A stretch of DNA of 64,000 nt from Octopus sinensis (lineage: Eukaryota), in the NCBI RefSeq assembly GCF_006345805.1, contig NC_043008.1:50964001-51028000 (forward strand), written 5' to 3'. A program made the position numbers and the translations under genes. The notes under the pieces are model-generated. The model was given only the letters and a program-made list of their open reading frames with translations. It was not told the DNA's origin and did no database searches. Of this stretch, positions 13,608 to 28,002 are shown one piece after another. Within the stretch, counting starts at the first letter, position 1, and the number at the start of each line of letters is the position of its first letter.

Positions 13608-15050
13608 TTGAAGAGACAGATGTATTGAGTTCAAAATACAGATTCAACGCCTGTACGCATCTTCAGTATGATACTCTAGAGTCCCGATTGTTTCGGGTCT
13701 CACGCGACAGATCCACTCATTCAAATGACACGATCGAGCTGCCTTCCACTGACCCGCTTCATTACATCTTCTTCAGCCAGAGCCATCCGTATGCATTCGC
13801 AGCAGCCGCTACATTGTTACTGATGATTGACCAAGTCACTTAGATTAACTAACAGTCTATTGCCTATGGGTTACTATGTATTTCTATGCTTATACGCGTG
13901 CATATACCTGTTCATGTGTGTCAGCGTGTTTTACATTTTATACATATTCATTTGCTGAATAGTCACGCAGATTTGTGTATAAAATATGAAACCTTAAGAA
14001 AGAGGAGGATTAAATGTATTCAAAATTATTCAAAATCTTTAGAATAAAAATTTTATTCTGTCCTCTTGTAATGTCCCGGCTTTCTTTACTTCTTCTGTTA
14101 TAGCATTCATTGTTAAAGTTACCAGCATTACGATCGTTGTAACCGCAAACTAGTAAAAGCTTTAGTAGAGAAACACTGTTATATTTCAAATATATGAGGC
14201 AGTGAAAATACGGTTTTCAATTTTCTTTTTATCGAAATAGTGTTTTTTTTAAATACAATATTTATAGGTTACTATTTGTAGCTTAATTTGCTTTGAGATT
14301 CGTCGTTCCAAAACAATAAATACAAAAAATATTTCATGTACTCGAGGTTTCTAAGTTCTTATGATGATAACAACATACAATTTTCATTGGTAAGAATAGA
14401 GTTTCGGAAAAGGATAAACTTGAAGGATTTCTTTCGTCCAATGACGTTCTAGCCTATCATGTCTACAAGTGATGTTGTTTCGAATCCTACGAGTAGCCTT
14501 CAACTTTTCGGATCCTAAGGGTAGCCGTCGACTTTTCTCAATCCAAAACATATTATTAACACAATATTTAAAAGTTTTTATCACCATTCCCCAAAATTGA
14601 TTCACGGTTGTCCGAACCTTCCAAATTCTCATAATATCAACATGTGTATTTCTGTGTGTACGTGTATGTATCTGTGTTTGTGCATATGTGTGTGCATTAG
14701 CGTATTTATACTTTGGAATGGCGGTGATGCTGTCTTTGTCCATGCTGCAAATGAATGAAATTCCACACATTTCATGGTAAACAAATACAACTGCCATGTA
14801 AAAATTGCAGAAAGGTTTTACTTTCTTTTTTCTTTTTTTTTTCATATTGAGACATCAGATGCTAGAAAACAATGCATTGATGGAATAAAGAATAAAACGG
14901 TTTGATTCAATATACATCACTCACATACCTGCATAATATATAGTTGGAAATATAAAGTTACAGATAACAACAAAAATATACTCAACGATAAAGAACGTGA
15001 CAATAATGATAATAATGATAATGATGATGATAATAATAATAATAATAATA

Positions 15051-15088
<38 letters not shown>

Positions 15089-15170
15089 TAAAACTTATTG
15101 TACAAGTAGTTGTTAAAATCGTCCATTAATATACAATCACTTTTAAATTTATATACATTTATATGTATGT

Positions 15171-15417
15171 ATGTGTGTTTATATATAAATAAATATATGT
15201 GTATGTATCTATGTATGTATGTATGTATGTGTGTGTATGTATGTATTATGTATATATATATATATATATATTAGATATTGGCAGTTGTATCCATACTTGG
15301 ATACAACCTCCATATAATTTACTCAGCATTACCTAACGCCTTTGGGTCTTCTTCGCACGAATACCTCTCATAACCTCGATATAAATAAATATATATATAA
15401 ATATACACTCACATTTT

Positions 15418-15461
<44 letters not shown>

Positions 15462-15763
15462 CATACATATATGTGTGTTTATATATAAATAAATATATGT
15501 GTATGTATCTATGTATGTATGTATGTATGTATGTGTGTGTATGTATGTATTATGTATATATATATATATATATTAGATATTGGCAGTTGTATCCATACTT
15601 GGATACAACCTCCATATAATTTACTCAGCATTACCTAACGCCTTTGGGTCTTCTTGGCACGAATACCTCTCATAACCTCGATATAAATAAATATATATAT
15701 AAATATACACTCACATTTTTGTATATATATATATATATATATATATACATACATACATATATG
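15171..15763. repeat. Near-identical 300-bp tandem duplication bounded by TA/TACA microsatellites
   Basis: ATGTGTGTTTATATATAAATAAATATATG starts at 15171 and at 15471; the unique cores differ by one visible substitution (TTCTTCGCACG vs TTCTTGGCACG). Confidence 0.92.
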
Positions 15764-16092
15764 AATATATATGTTCAGCCTTTTAAGACCAGTTATCTCG
15801 GAAGAGCATATGGTGCTGCTTAACCGTGCTATAAACTAATATCCGATTATCTAATGTCGAGTGCAAAATGGATGTATAATACTGTAAAATTTGATAAAGT
15901 ATATACATATAGATATATATATATATGTGTATGTGTGTGTCTAAGAGTGTGTTTGCGTGTGGGACTTTGTGGGGGTGCGTTGGTGTGTGTATGTGTGCGT
16001 GTCTGTATAGGTATATATTACTTTGTTTTCCTGGTCGGCAGCAGGAAATTTCTGTGCCTATAGACACCGTAGGCCCTAGGAGACACTATTAC

Positions 16093-16168
<76 letters not shown>

Positions 16169-16554
16169 GTTATTATTATTATCATTATTTTTGATTTAAT
16201 GACGACAACTACGACGACTAATCGATGATATCGATGTCGGCTACAGTACTGGAATTGTTATTTCTGATGCTGCTGCTGCTGCGGAACCGTTTTTGCTGCT
16301 GAGGTTGCTGCTACTGTTGTTGCTAACAATGATCCCGGTGGTGATGATCGTGGTGATGGTGGTGGTGGCATACTTCTCCAAATTATTTCAAGTGTTATGC
16401 AGTTGGCTTTCACTCACTCGTTTTTATGGAGATATCAAAAATAAGTTTGTCCTCCGTTTGTGTTCCCGTGTTCTTCAGTAAAAATGAAACAATACCTTAT
16501 GCATTCCCTTGCACACACACACACACACACACACACATTCACATTACATAAAGG

Positions 16555-16592
<38 letters not shown>

Positions 16593-16707
16593 TACAAACT
16601 CGTACACGATGTGTATTGTTCCAAAAGTTTCATATCTGACTATTGTTCATATTGACATTGATCCCAAAAGTGTGCCTGGTGTCTTATTAACAACACGGTC
16701 AGGATGA

Positions 16708-16751
<44 letters not shown>

Positions 16752-17403
16752 TCATACATACATATATACATACGTTGATACATACACACACATATGTATA
16801 TACATATACACACACGTACTTATATGCGTGTGTTTCTCTGTGTGTATGTGCATCTGTGTGTGCCTAGTGTTTATGTCTTTTCCCCATCACTGCTTGACAA
16901 CCGGTGTTAGTGTGTTTATGTACATATGTTTGTATATAATATGTTATATATATGTTATATATATATATAATTATTATTACAAGTTTGGTATCTTAGTTAT
17001 ATATATTTTATACACATATATATATATAATATCATATATATATATATATATAATATATAATATATATGTATATATTATATTTTCCTTTTTTAGCTGTTAC
17101 CTATTAATTGTTTCAGTCACTTGAAGAGTTTTTAATAGGACGAATCGACTCCACTACTTTTTCAAACTTGATACTCATTTAATCGGACACTTTAGTTGAA
17201 TCACTATATTACTGGGACGTAAACACACCAACACCGGTTTCCAAGCAGTGTTGGAGAATAATGACACACACAAATACACTTTTACTCACACACACACATA
17301 TATATATTGTCTTTCTGGGTTGTGAAGTAATGAGAGAATATTTTTACACACAATAACTATGGTGGTACTCTGGTGCCCTGTGTTATTTATATATATATAT
17401 ATA

Positions 17404-17451
<48 letters not shown>

Positions 17452-19503
17452 TGTGTGTGTGTGCGTAAATATATATACATATACGTTTATATACATATGT
17501 AATACATATAGAAATCTAGAAATGTGAGCATTATTATACAGTCAATTCGAATTAATAGGTGATCTCCAAGCACTTTCTACGCATTCACATACACAGATAC
17601 TTAACACGTACACAGAATAACATAGGAACACATTTACAAGAAGACATAATATAAGGGGATACGAATCAAGTTAATAATATTCCATTTTTTTCCTTTTTAT
17701 TTAATTAAACCTGTACGACGTCCATAAGTGCCGTGACTCGTCTGCAGACACGTGACACTTACCAATTGACATACCATGCTAGCATTATCGCAGATACTGA
17801 AGTAATACCAGGATTGTATACATAGGTAGAAAACTCTAGAAAATTACCATTGAGAGATTATTAACTTTAAAGAAAAAAAAACAGTAATATTTATTATTAT
17901 TGTTATTGTAGCTGTTTTTGTAGATAGATTTTTTACTTCTTTTTTTTCATGATTTTTTTCCATCTATGAGACTAACTTAAGCAAGCTTTGGCAAGTTCAT
18001 GAAGATTTGAATGTCATTATAATAATAGAATTTATTTATTTTCGTATAGTTGGTATATTTGATTATACGTAAACATTTCTTATATAAATACATATATATA
18101 TATACACACAGAGACATATATACACATATATATGTATATATATATATATGTATTTATTTATGTATATTACATATATTCATATATATATATATTCATATGT
18201 ATCTACATACATATATTTCCAAATGTGTGAGTATATATATATGTATATATATATATATACATATATATGAACGTATATATATATATGGTTACATATATAT
18301 ATATATATATACATGTATATATATATATATATATATTACATGTATACATATATGCATTCATATATAAATATGCATCTACATACATATAATTCCCAATGTG
18401 TGTCTATATATACATATATATATACATATGGATATATATATATATATATGTGCATATACATATATATGTATATATAAATACATATATATGTGCATATATA
18501 CATATATATAAACATATATATATATATATATATATATACATAAAAACCCATGCTCTTCCATACATTTACATATTTGTTTCACATAAAAAGCAAAGTGAAA
18601 CCCAGAGCGTAGATGAATAAAAGAAACTTGACGTTTTGATGTGCGTTCTAACTGGAATGGTATTACCAATACACATGTGTAACTAAATGAAAATCTGTCC
18701 ATTTTAGAATACAAAGATGTCTGCATCTTTTAGTTTTTTTTCATAGCGTGATTTTTGCTTTCCATATTCATAGCAACTGCATAAGTTTTCCCCGTAGGGT
18801 ACAATCGAAATAAAGACGAATAAAAAGAAAAATCAAAGAGAAAATCCCATGGAATTTGAACTCAAAATCTAAGAGTGCAGGCGTAAAAGCTGCAAGGTAT
18901 TTTACACTGTTCTGTACCGATTCCGAATGTTTTACTCATTCTACTAGTCAGTGCCATATGCACTGGAAGATCAATACCATCCGAAACTGGTTTTTATATC
19001 AATGAGGCACGTCAAGGCTTATTAGCTTAAAGTGTATGGGAGCTCGAGATATATATGAGTGGCCAGATAGCATTTAATGAGATATGATTGAATTTGGTGA
19101 AAGAAAAAGAAATTAGCTTGATTCAAAAATTGAATCCGCGTCATATTTTCCTATTGTTTTGATGTTAATCCTTGCTATACAGCATTTCCCTTCATTACCG
19201 TAAATATATGTATGTTAAAACATATGTATGTATGTATGTATGTAAGTATGTATGTATGTATGTATGTATGTATGTATGTATGTATGTATGTATGTATGTA
19301 TGTATGTATGTATGTACGTACGTATGTATGTATGTATGTATGCATGTATATTAGAATATCTAATATATAAATATACATATATATATACATACACACATAT
19401 ATATATATATATAATTATGCACATATATTTATATCTATATTCGTATGTTTGTATACACGTCCTATACATATAAATATGTGTGCAAATTATATATATATAA
19501 TAT

Positions 19504-19577
<74 letters not shown>

Positions 19578-19899
19578 ATATATATATAATATATATATAT
19601 ATATAATATAAATATATTATATATATATATCGTTATGCACATATATTTATATCTATTCGTATGTTTGTATATACGTACCTGTACATATAAATATGTCAGC
19701 GTAATTCGAACATAACAGAAGCTCAATATAAGAATTGTGTTGTTTTATATTTCATTGCGTTTAACACTGCAATCAAGACCAACGTACATTCACGTTATTA
19801 CTTAAGTTCCCCCTCCAATAAAAGTAGACAGTTGGAGCTGTTTGAGGGTAGATAATTACAGCTAGGTGGCCTGAGGTTTTTTTTTTTTAGTAGGAATAA

Positions 19900-20445
19900 T
19901 TATACAATATTAATATTTTTGAATTTGGGTTCTTATTTCAAATAGTATCGAGTACAAATTAGCCCTTCGTTTCGGAATCGGTAAAGTACCAGTGATCTTC
20001 TAAGGTTGACATAATTCACAGCTCCTCTAACCTAAGGAGTCTGATATTGTGATTATGTCGGATTGACAGAAATCCTCATATGTCCAAACAAATGCATTGT
20101 GAGTTCAAAATCAGCTGAGATCAATTTTGCTTTTCGTTCCAACGAGGAGATATTACAAGGTGGACGTCGACGGTATCGATTTATCCTTCCTCTGCGCTCA
20201 AATCACTGGATGTATATCTAAATAAGGAACACCAACCGATAATATATCGACGGAATCGTTAAAACAGTGAGAATGAAAAACGTACGTCACGTTCTTTTTC
20301 CGCATTTTTACGTTCTCAATTCAAATTCCACTGAAAGTAACTTTACATTTCAACCTTTCCGGGTTGCTAATATAAAGTACTACTGAGGATGAAGTATTGT
20401 ATTATACTTCCTCTAAGGCTGCTGGCCTTGCGCCAAATTTGGAAA

Positions 20446-20489
<44 letters not shown>

Positions 20490-20570
20490 TAATATAATAA
20501 TAATGAAATAATCATAATAATGATAATAATAATACTAGTGACAATGATGATGATGATAATAATAATAAGA

Positions 20571-20621
<51 letters not shown>

Positions 20622-21070
20622 ATTATTGTTATTGTTATCGTTATAAGGCAGCGAGCTGGCAAGATCTTTTGCACACCGGATGAAATGCTTAGTGCATTTC
20701 GTTCGGCTTTATATTCTGAGTTCAAAATCCCACCGTGGTTGACATTGCATTCCGTCCTTGCGAGATCGATTAAATAAGTACCAGTCTAGTACTGGAGTCG
20801 ATGTAATTGATTATCTCCCTCCCCAATAATTTCAGGCCTTCTACCTATAGTAGAAAGGATTATAATTATTATTAAGGCAGCGAGCTGGCAGAAGCGTTAA
20901 CAGTCTTTCACCTGGCACTTAAAGTTCGGGGTTCAAATGCCACCGAAGTCAACTTAACATTCTACCATTTGAAAATACGTAACATAAGAACCAGCTGAAC
21001 ACCAGGATCGTTGTGATCGACTTTCACCACCCCTATAATTGCTAACCTTGAGGCAAAATTTGAAAACATT
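19900..21070 (+). mobile_element. Cluster of same-strand SINE family A copies with (TAA)/(ATT) tracts
   Basis: Best copy at 20647-20870 (GGCAGCGAGCTGGCA...GTAGAAAGGATTAT); diverged cores at about 19985, 20100, 20320 and 20930. Confidence 0.75.
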
Positions 21071-21625
21071 ATTATGTTTTCAATGGATTCAGGCAAGATT
21101 TAATTTCTCTATCCTGTACACATCCGCGTTATTGAAATAGGAGCAAGACTGACTTTTATCAATATAGGGATTCTCCATTAGTTTTGCATTTCGTGGGGCT
21201 TTCTTTGTTGTTGTTTCTTTTCTTGCTTTAGTGCTTTTTCTCTTCTGTTTGCTGTGTAAAATAAAGCAAATCCTAAGCTGAACTATCTTGACTTCCGGCT
21301 TGTCCGGATTGGTTCTTTGAATTACGCGTGGGAATTCCTTACAGTTTCCGTTCACAAATTTCACTCACAAATCTTAATTCGACTCGAGACTATAGTAAAA
21401 TATACTTGCCCAAGATGTCATTCCTCGAGACTCAAACCTGGTCGTCGGGATTGCGAAATGAAATCGTTAACAGTTCATCAATGCATCGTCCATAGTTACA
21501 TAAAAGAAACTGTACACAAAGATCAACAATATAATTAATTATAGATTATTAGATACATACCATACCTTGTGTATATGAATCTTCTTTGTAACCTTGCTAT
21601 ACATTCTGCACAAGCGTACAGCTTG

Positions 21626-21690
<65 letters not shown>

Positions 21691-21719
21691 TAATAATAAT
21701 AATAATAGTAATAATAATA

Positions 21720-23112
21720 ATTCCTATGACAAAAGCAATTCCTATGACAAAAGAGTCGATACCAGAGAAACTGAAAACATTGAAAATTATGAGGGTTTTG
21801 CTAGAGAAAGAAGACTGTGGAAGACCAATGGAACAATTATTCCTGTAGTCATTTCTGCACTTGGCACCAAACACAAATCGCTACCTAAAAGACTGAAAGA
21901 TATTCGGATTGAAACTCGCATTGCCGGCCTGCAGAAAATTACTGAACTATATACTGCAAGATCTTACGGTTATGGTAGAACGAGGGGCATAAAGAGGTGT
22001 GTTGCAAGACGATAAGGTAATGGAAGGAGAAATGAAATTATAAAAGACACTAAAGCGTACAAGAAGAGAATTAGGAAGGTGCTCAAAGCGAAATTATTTC
22101 CACGGGCTCAGCTCACATTGAGACACTCTGATCCCTTTCTGAAATGGACAAAGGTCGAGTTAAAGAACTTGGATAGATGAACTAGAAAGCTGCTCACAAT
22201 TCACAGAATACTCCACTCTAAAGGCAACACCGGCTGACTGTATCTGCCAAAAGAGGAAGGTGGTAGTGGACTACTAAACGCGGAAGACACTATTGGTACT
22301 GCGATACTAGATCTGAAAAATTATACTGTGCAGGATGGAAGAACAACAGAACGAACTAATGGTAAGAAATGAAACAACATGACCAATTCATGCAAGAAAC
22401 CGAAAATGTTGGATCTAAATGCTCGCTGACTTTGGTTGACGGACAAGAACTTAAAACGAGAGACAGAAACACTAATTATGGTCGATCACAAATAAGCACT
22501 AAGAACAAGTCTGATAAAGGCAAAGATCGGCAAAACTCCGTCAAACAGCAAAGAGGAATGTGCAGGAAAGAAGCCAAAGATACCAATCACCTTTTGAGTA
22601 AGAGCAGTATAACAGAACAAAAGGAGTATAAGAATAGACATGACAGTGTAGGCAAAAGAGCGCATTGGGATGTTGGCCGAGTGTGAGGTTTCAAATTATC
22701 AGAAAAGTGGATTGAACATGAACCAGAATTAAAAGATCTTGTGTGATTTCCCCCTAAAACTGACCATATTATTGAAGTAAGTGAGTCAGACCTGATTATA
22801 GAGGACAAAATAAACAAACAGTAATAGCAGAGTTGATACCAAAGGAATTGAAAACATTGAGAAATATCAGGATTTAGCCAAAGGAGGCAGGAAAACGAAG
22901 ACAACGATTGATGCTCTTGGCACAACAGCCAAAATGCTGCTTAAAAGACTGAAAGAGAGTGGAATTAGAACTCGCATTGTTGACCTGCAGAAAAAGTACC
23001 AAACTATATACTGCAAGATTTCTAATATAAATTCTTGGAATTTAAGGAGACTTACTGTCACCAAATGTCAAGATTAAATAACTGCTAAGTAAATTACCAT
23101 GCACTAGCGTAA
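21720..23112 (+). mobile_element. R4/Dong-clade non-LTR retrotransposon 3' remnant (post-RT region, zinc knuckle, restriction-like endonuclease), flanked by (TAA)n
   Basis: Translates WTKVELKNLDR*TRKLLTIHRILHSKGNTG*LYLPKEEGGSGL (about 22145-22272), then KEYKNRHDSVGKRAHWDV, KWIEHEP, KILCDF and TDHIIEVSESDLIIEDK (22621-22810). These match the RHD, W.EH.P, KILWDF and RPD motifs of RLE-type LINEs. 21720-21965 is a second diverged copy of the extreme 3' coding end. Confidence 0.85.
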
Positions 23113-23162
23113 TGTGATGATAATAATAATAATGATAGTAATAATTAATAATAATAATAATA

Positions 23163-23201
<39 letters not shown>

Positions 23202-23239
23202 TAATAATAATAATAATAATATATAATACACAACAATAA

Positions 23240-23286
<47 letters not shown>

Positions 23287-23332
23287 TAATAATAATAATA
23301 ATAATAATAAAATAATAATAATAATAATAACA

Positions 23333-23566
23333 ATCCTTGTATACGCACAAGACCAGAAATTTAGGGCAACAAGACTAGTCGTTTACATTGACCTGTTGCT
23401 AGTTGGTACTTAATTTATCGACCTCGAAAGGATGAAAGGCAAAGTTGGATACGGTGGAATTTGAAATCAGAGTGTGAAGACGGATGAAATGCCGCTAAGC
23501 ATTTCGCCCGTCGTGCTAACGTTTCTGCCAGCTCGCCGCCTTAATAATAATAATAATAATAATAAC

Positions 23567-23622
<56 letters not shown>

Positions 23623-24090
23623 TAATAATAATTTTGGCACAAGGCAGGTAGCTTTTACATCGAACCCAGAGCTTAATTAAACCTATTTTATCGACGTCTA
23701 AGGATGGAAGGTGAAGTCACCCTCGGCGGAATTTCAACTCAGAGTGTAAGACTTCACGTGGCCTGGTTAATATTTGAAATCAGAACGTAAAAAACTTCAA
23801 GAAAATCCGAGAAATAACTTCTTCAACATTTGAGTAAATTTTACCGACTCGACATTTTGAAATTTGTTCCTCATTTAGACGTTCAGCGGCGAAATTTGAG
23901 TGGAGGTCCTTAAGTCGATTCCGTCGATCCCAAGAAGTTGACAGGTGTTTCATTTCTTCGACCTCGAAAAGAAGTAAAGACAAAGTTGCGCTCGGCGGGA
24001 TTTAAACTCAGAATGTAGGAGCGCCGGAACAAATGTTGCAAAGCATTTTTTCTGCGATGCTGCAGCGATTTTTACCAGCTCTCCACTGTG
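23333..24090 (-). mobile_element. Cluster of minus-strand SINE family A copies
   Basis: Best copy at 23333-23541, ending CTGCCAGCTCGCCGCC; further diverged copies at 23630-23750 and 23860-24085. Confidence 0.8.
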
Positions 24091-24125
24091 ATAAATATTG
24101 ATAACAATGATAAACAGAAACATTA

Positions 24126-24127
<2 letters not shown>

Positions 24128-24158
<31 letters not shown>

Positions 24159-24175
24159 TAATAATAATGATAATA

Positions 24176-24219
<44 letters not shown>

Positions 24220-24238
24220 GATAATAATAATGATAATA

Positions 24239-24299
<61 letters not shown>

Positions 24300-24490
24300 T
24301 AATAATAATAATAATGATAATAATAATGATAATAATAATAATAATGATAATAATAATGATAATAATAATAATAATGATAATAATAATAATAATAATAATA
24401 ATGATAATAATAATAATAATAATAATAATGATAATAATAATAATAATGATAATAATAATGATAATAATAATAATAATAATAATAATAATC

Positions 24491-24521
<31 letters not shown>

Positions 24522-24565
24522 GGATGATGATGATGATGACGACGATGATGATAATGATGATGAGG
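24128..24565. repeat. (TAA)n/(TGA) trinucleotide tract
   Basis: About 440 bp of TAA with interspersed TGA; similar tracts at 21628-21720, 23115-23330, 24757-24930, 25730-26150, 38120-38260 and 44135-44252. Confidence 0.97.
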
Positions 24566-24756
24566 GTGATTTCAAATTTCAGCATAAGCCCAGCAAATTC
24601 GGAGTGGGGGTAGGTCAATTATATCGACTCCCCAGTATTTAACTGGTATTCATTTTATCGACCGCAAATGGAAGAAAGGCAACGTGGACCTCCACGGAGT
24701 TTGAACTCAGAATATTTTTTTCGAGCGCGCTACCTATTCTGCCACCTAGCCGCCTC

Positions 24757-24809
<53 letters not shown>

Positions 24810-24820
24810 CAACGATAATG

Positions 24821-24874
<54 letters not shown>

Positions 24875-24931
24875 TAATAATAGTAATAATAGTAATAATA
24901 ATAATAATAATAATAATGATAATAATAATAA

Positions 24932-25484
24932 ATGCCCTGATGCAGTACCAGTCAGTGGTTCTCATGGCTTCTGATCTTAACTGATTGGAAGTGTTATCAT
25001 GCACATTGTTTTGTCTTGGTATGAAACGTGCTACAGCAAATATTCTGCTCAATATCACAGAATTGCTTGCTTGTCAGTTGCTTGACCTTAACCAACTGAG
25101 CACATACCTTATTGGCTGATGATATGTGCATCTCTGATCACGAGTAGAAGTAGTGGGAGAGCATCATAGCCATGTGTTGAGAGAAATTTTCTGGGATTTG
25201 AATAACTCACCTCTGGAAATATGGGTGTTTTGTTCAGCATCCTTAAACAATCCTTATTCTTGGACCTTTTGAGCCGAATGGGTTACTCGACCTGAAGAAA
25301 ATTCTAGCTGAGGCCCACCTGTAAGATCATGTACAGTTATTCTTTATATAATATCACCATGTCGCGCACATATGGTTGTGGTGCAAGTGCCTGATGTACT
25401 CTTATCAGACGGTTAGTCATGATGGGTATACTGGGCTTCATATATTTTACCCTAGTGTCAGTTTGATGGCATGGAATGCTCTCA

Positions 25485-25489
<5 letters not shown>
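24932..25489. mobile_element. About 560-bp non-coding element inserted in (TAA)n, probably a non-autonomous retroelement
   Basis: Sharp boundaries with pure TAA repeats on both sides, higher GC than the flanks, and no ORF; single copy in this window. Confidence 0.55.
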
Positions 25490-25518
<29 letters not shown>

Positions 25519-25784
25519 TAATAATAATAATATAATAATAATAATAATAATAATAATCCTTTCTTCTGGAATCACGAAGGGATTAAGTGGATTACATCGA
25601 CGCCAGTGCGTAACTGGTACTTATTTAATCGAGCCCGAAAAGATGATTGGCAAAGTCGATCTTGACGGTATTTGAACTCAGAACGTAAAGACCATCGAAA
25701 TATCACCAAGTATTTTTTGCTAAATAACAATGATGATGATAATGATAATGATGAGGATGAGGATAGTGTTGAGAATGAAAATAC

Positions 25785-25821
<37 letters not shown>

Positions 25822-25873
25822 ACTAATAATAATAATACTAATAACAACAATAATAATAGTAGCAATAATAATG

Positions 25874-25931
<58 letters not shown>

Positions 25932-25957
25932 CAATAATAATAGTAGCAATAATAATG

Positions 25958-25991
<34 letters not shown>

Positions 25992-26046
25992 TGATAATAA
26001 TAATAATAATGATAATAATAATAATAATAATAATAATGATAATAAC

Positions 26047-26087
<41 letters not shown>

Positions 26088-26550
26088 TTATGATAATGAC
26101 AACAACCAAAATAATAACAACAACAAGTAATTTCAATAATAATAATAGTAGTAATATTCGTAATGAGAATGTCCAACATAGGTATAAATCAAAAATTTTG
26201 CAGTAAAATGGTACAGTCGATTATATTGATCCCAGTTTTTGACTGGTACCTTAATGTCCGACACCTGGAGGATAAAAAATGAAACGAATCTTAGATGACT
26301 TTAAAGAAGAATGGTTTTAGTAATGGTAGTGGTATTAGTAGTAGAAACGATTATATTACTCTTCTCTATACCGTAAGTAACATTTATGCTAGCTTTATTT
26401 ATATCTATATTTATGTTGTAATATATTATGGTAATAATTATAATTATATATTATAATAGCACTGACAATACGTATATGCTTGCGTATGTATTATAATCAA
26501 TAATATTAATAATTATAAATATGTATTACGAGGATATTGTATCAAGGATA

Positions 26551-26611
<61 letters not shown>

Positions 26612-26727
26612 GTATGTATGTTATATGTATATATATATATACATATATATATATATGTATATATTATATATACATATATATATATATATATTATAGTTAT
26701 ATATATATATATATTATATATCTATAC

Positions 26728-26787
<60 letters not shown>

Positions 26788-27089
26788 TTAAATATACTAT
26801 GAGAAAGATCTGAATAATAATTTTGATATCTATTTCTACCACGTTTGTTTATAGCAATTCTGTAAAGATGTTCGTTAAAATTACTGAATATATTAAAATA
26901 TTTAATATTAATCTAATACCGTAAACTTTGATTTTATTTTTTAATATCAAGGCAGCTACGGATAAATAATCGATTAGAGAAATCAATGCTTCCAGATTCG
27001 AATCCAATCCAGATGCGTGTTGTCTGAAGGAATGTACGCGCAGGAAAGGTATCCGTAAGAGTGTTTCGCTCTCATTGGTTTCGACCTCG

Positions 27090-27380
27090 AGTGTCGCAGG
27101 TGGTTCTATGAAAGGAACAGTCTGCTTGTGAAACTAACGTGCAAGTGGTTGAATACACCACAGCCACGCGTACCCTTAGCATAGTTATCAGGGAAATTCA
27201 GCGTGACACACGATGTGACAAGATTGGCCCTTCAGAATTAGAGGAACAATTAATTTGTGATAAGTGAATGGACTGAAGCAACTGCAAATGAAATATATTG
27301 CTCAAAGACACATTGCGCTGCAAGGAATCGAACTCACAATCGTGAGCCGAATACCTTAACCATTAAGCTACGCTCCTTCA
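27090..27380 (-). mobile_element. SINE family C copy
   Basis: The reverse complement aligns by eye with 40699-40986 (TGTGTCTTTGAGCAA, TTGTCACA..GTGTCACGCTGAAT, AACCACTTGCACGTTA). Confidence 0.8.
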
Positions 27381-27482
27381 CATAACGTTAAGTGTGCATA
27401 CGCAGCTTCTTTTAGAAATTTTTAATACCAGTAGCCTAGCGTGGAAAAAATTAGTCAATAGACTATAAATTATTCATATAAA

Positions 27483-27750
27483 TACGCTGTACATTTAAAC
27501 ACAAAAGAGGTATCGATCATAAGATACCTGGTACGCTAGAAGGAATAGCCAAAGTCCAAACCACTGTCGGGGCAAATTTCGAAAGAAATGAAAAATAAAA
27601 CATTTACCATCAGAAATAAATGGTAAATGTTTTTATTTTTCATTCCCTTCGAAAGTTATCACTAACAGTGGTTTGGATTTTGGCTATTCCTTCTAAAGTG
27701 CCAGGTATCCTATGTTTGATACCTCTTTTGTATTTAAATGTACACTGTAT
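27483..27750. mobile_element. Foldback/palindromic element, arms about 128 bp, 9-nt spacer
   Basis: The left arm TGTACATTTAAACACAAAAGAGGTATC...AAAACATTTACCAT is the imperfect reverse complement of the right arm ATGGTAAATGTTTT...GATACCTCTTTTGTATTTAAATGTACA. Confidence 0.9.
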
Positions 27751-27959
27751 ATATATATATATATAGACGATTGCGTGCATACATACACAGCTACATGGAT
27801 AATATATACATACAAAATACATGCATGCATATATGCACACACAATACTTGTATATATATAGATATGTATATATTTGTGTATATATATACATATATATAAC
27901 ACACACACACACAACTATATAGATATATATATATATATATGTATATATTATATATGATA

Positions 27960-28001
<42 letters not shown>

Positions 28002-28002
<1 letters not shown>

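Noticed and set aside
14384-14845. 153-aa minus-strand ORF
   Set aside because: It starts in a poly-A/T run and crosses a CA-type repeat, with no recognisable motif or splice support.
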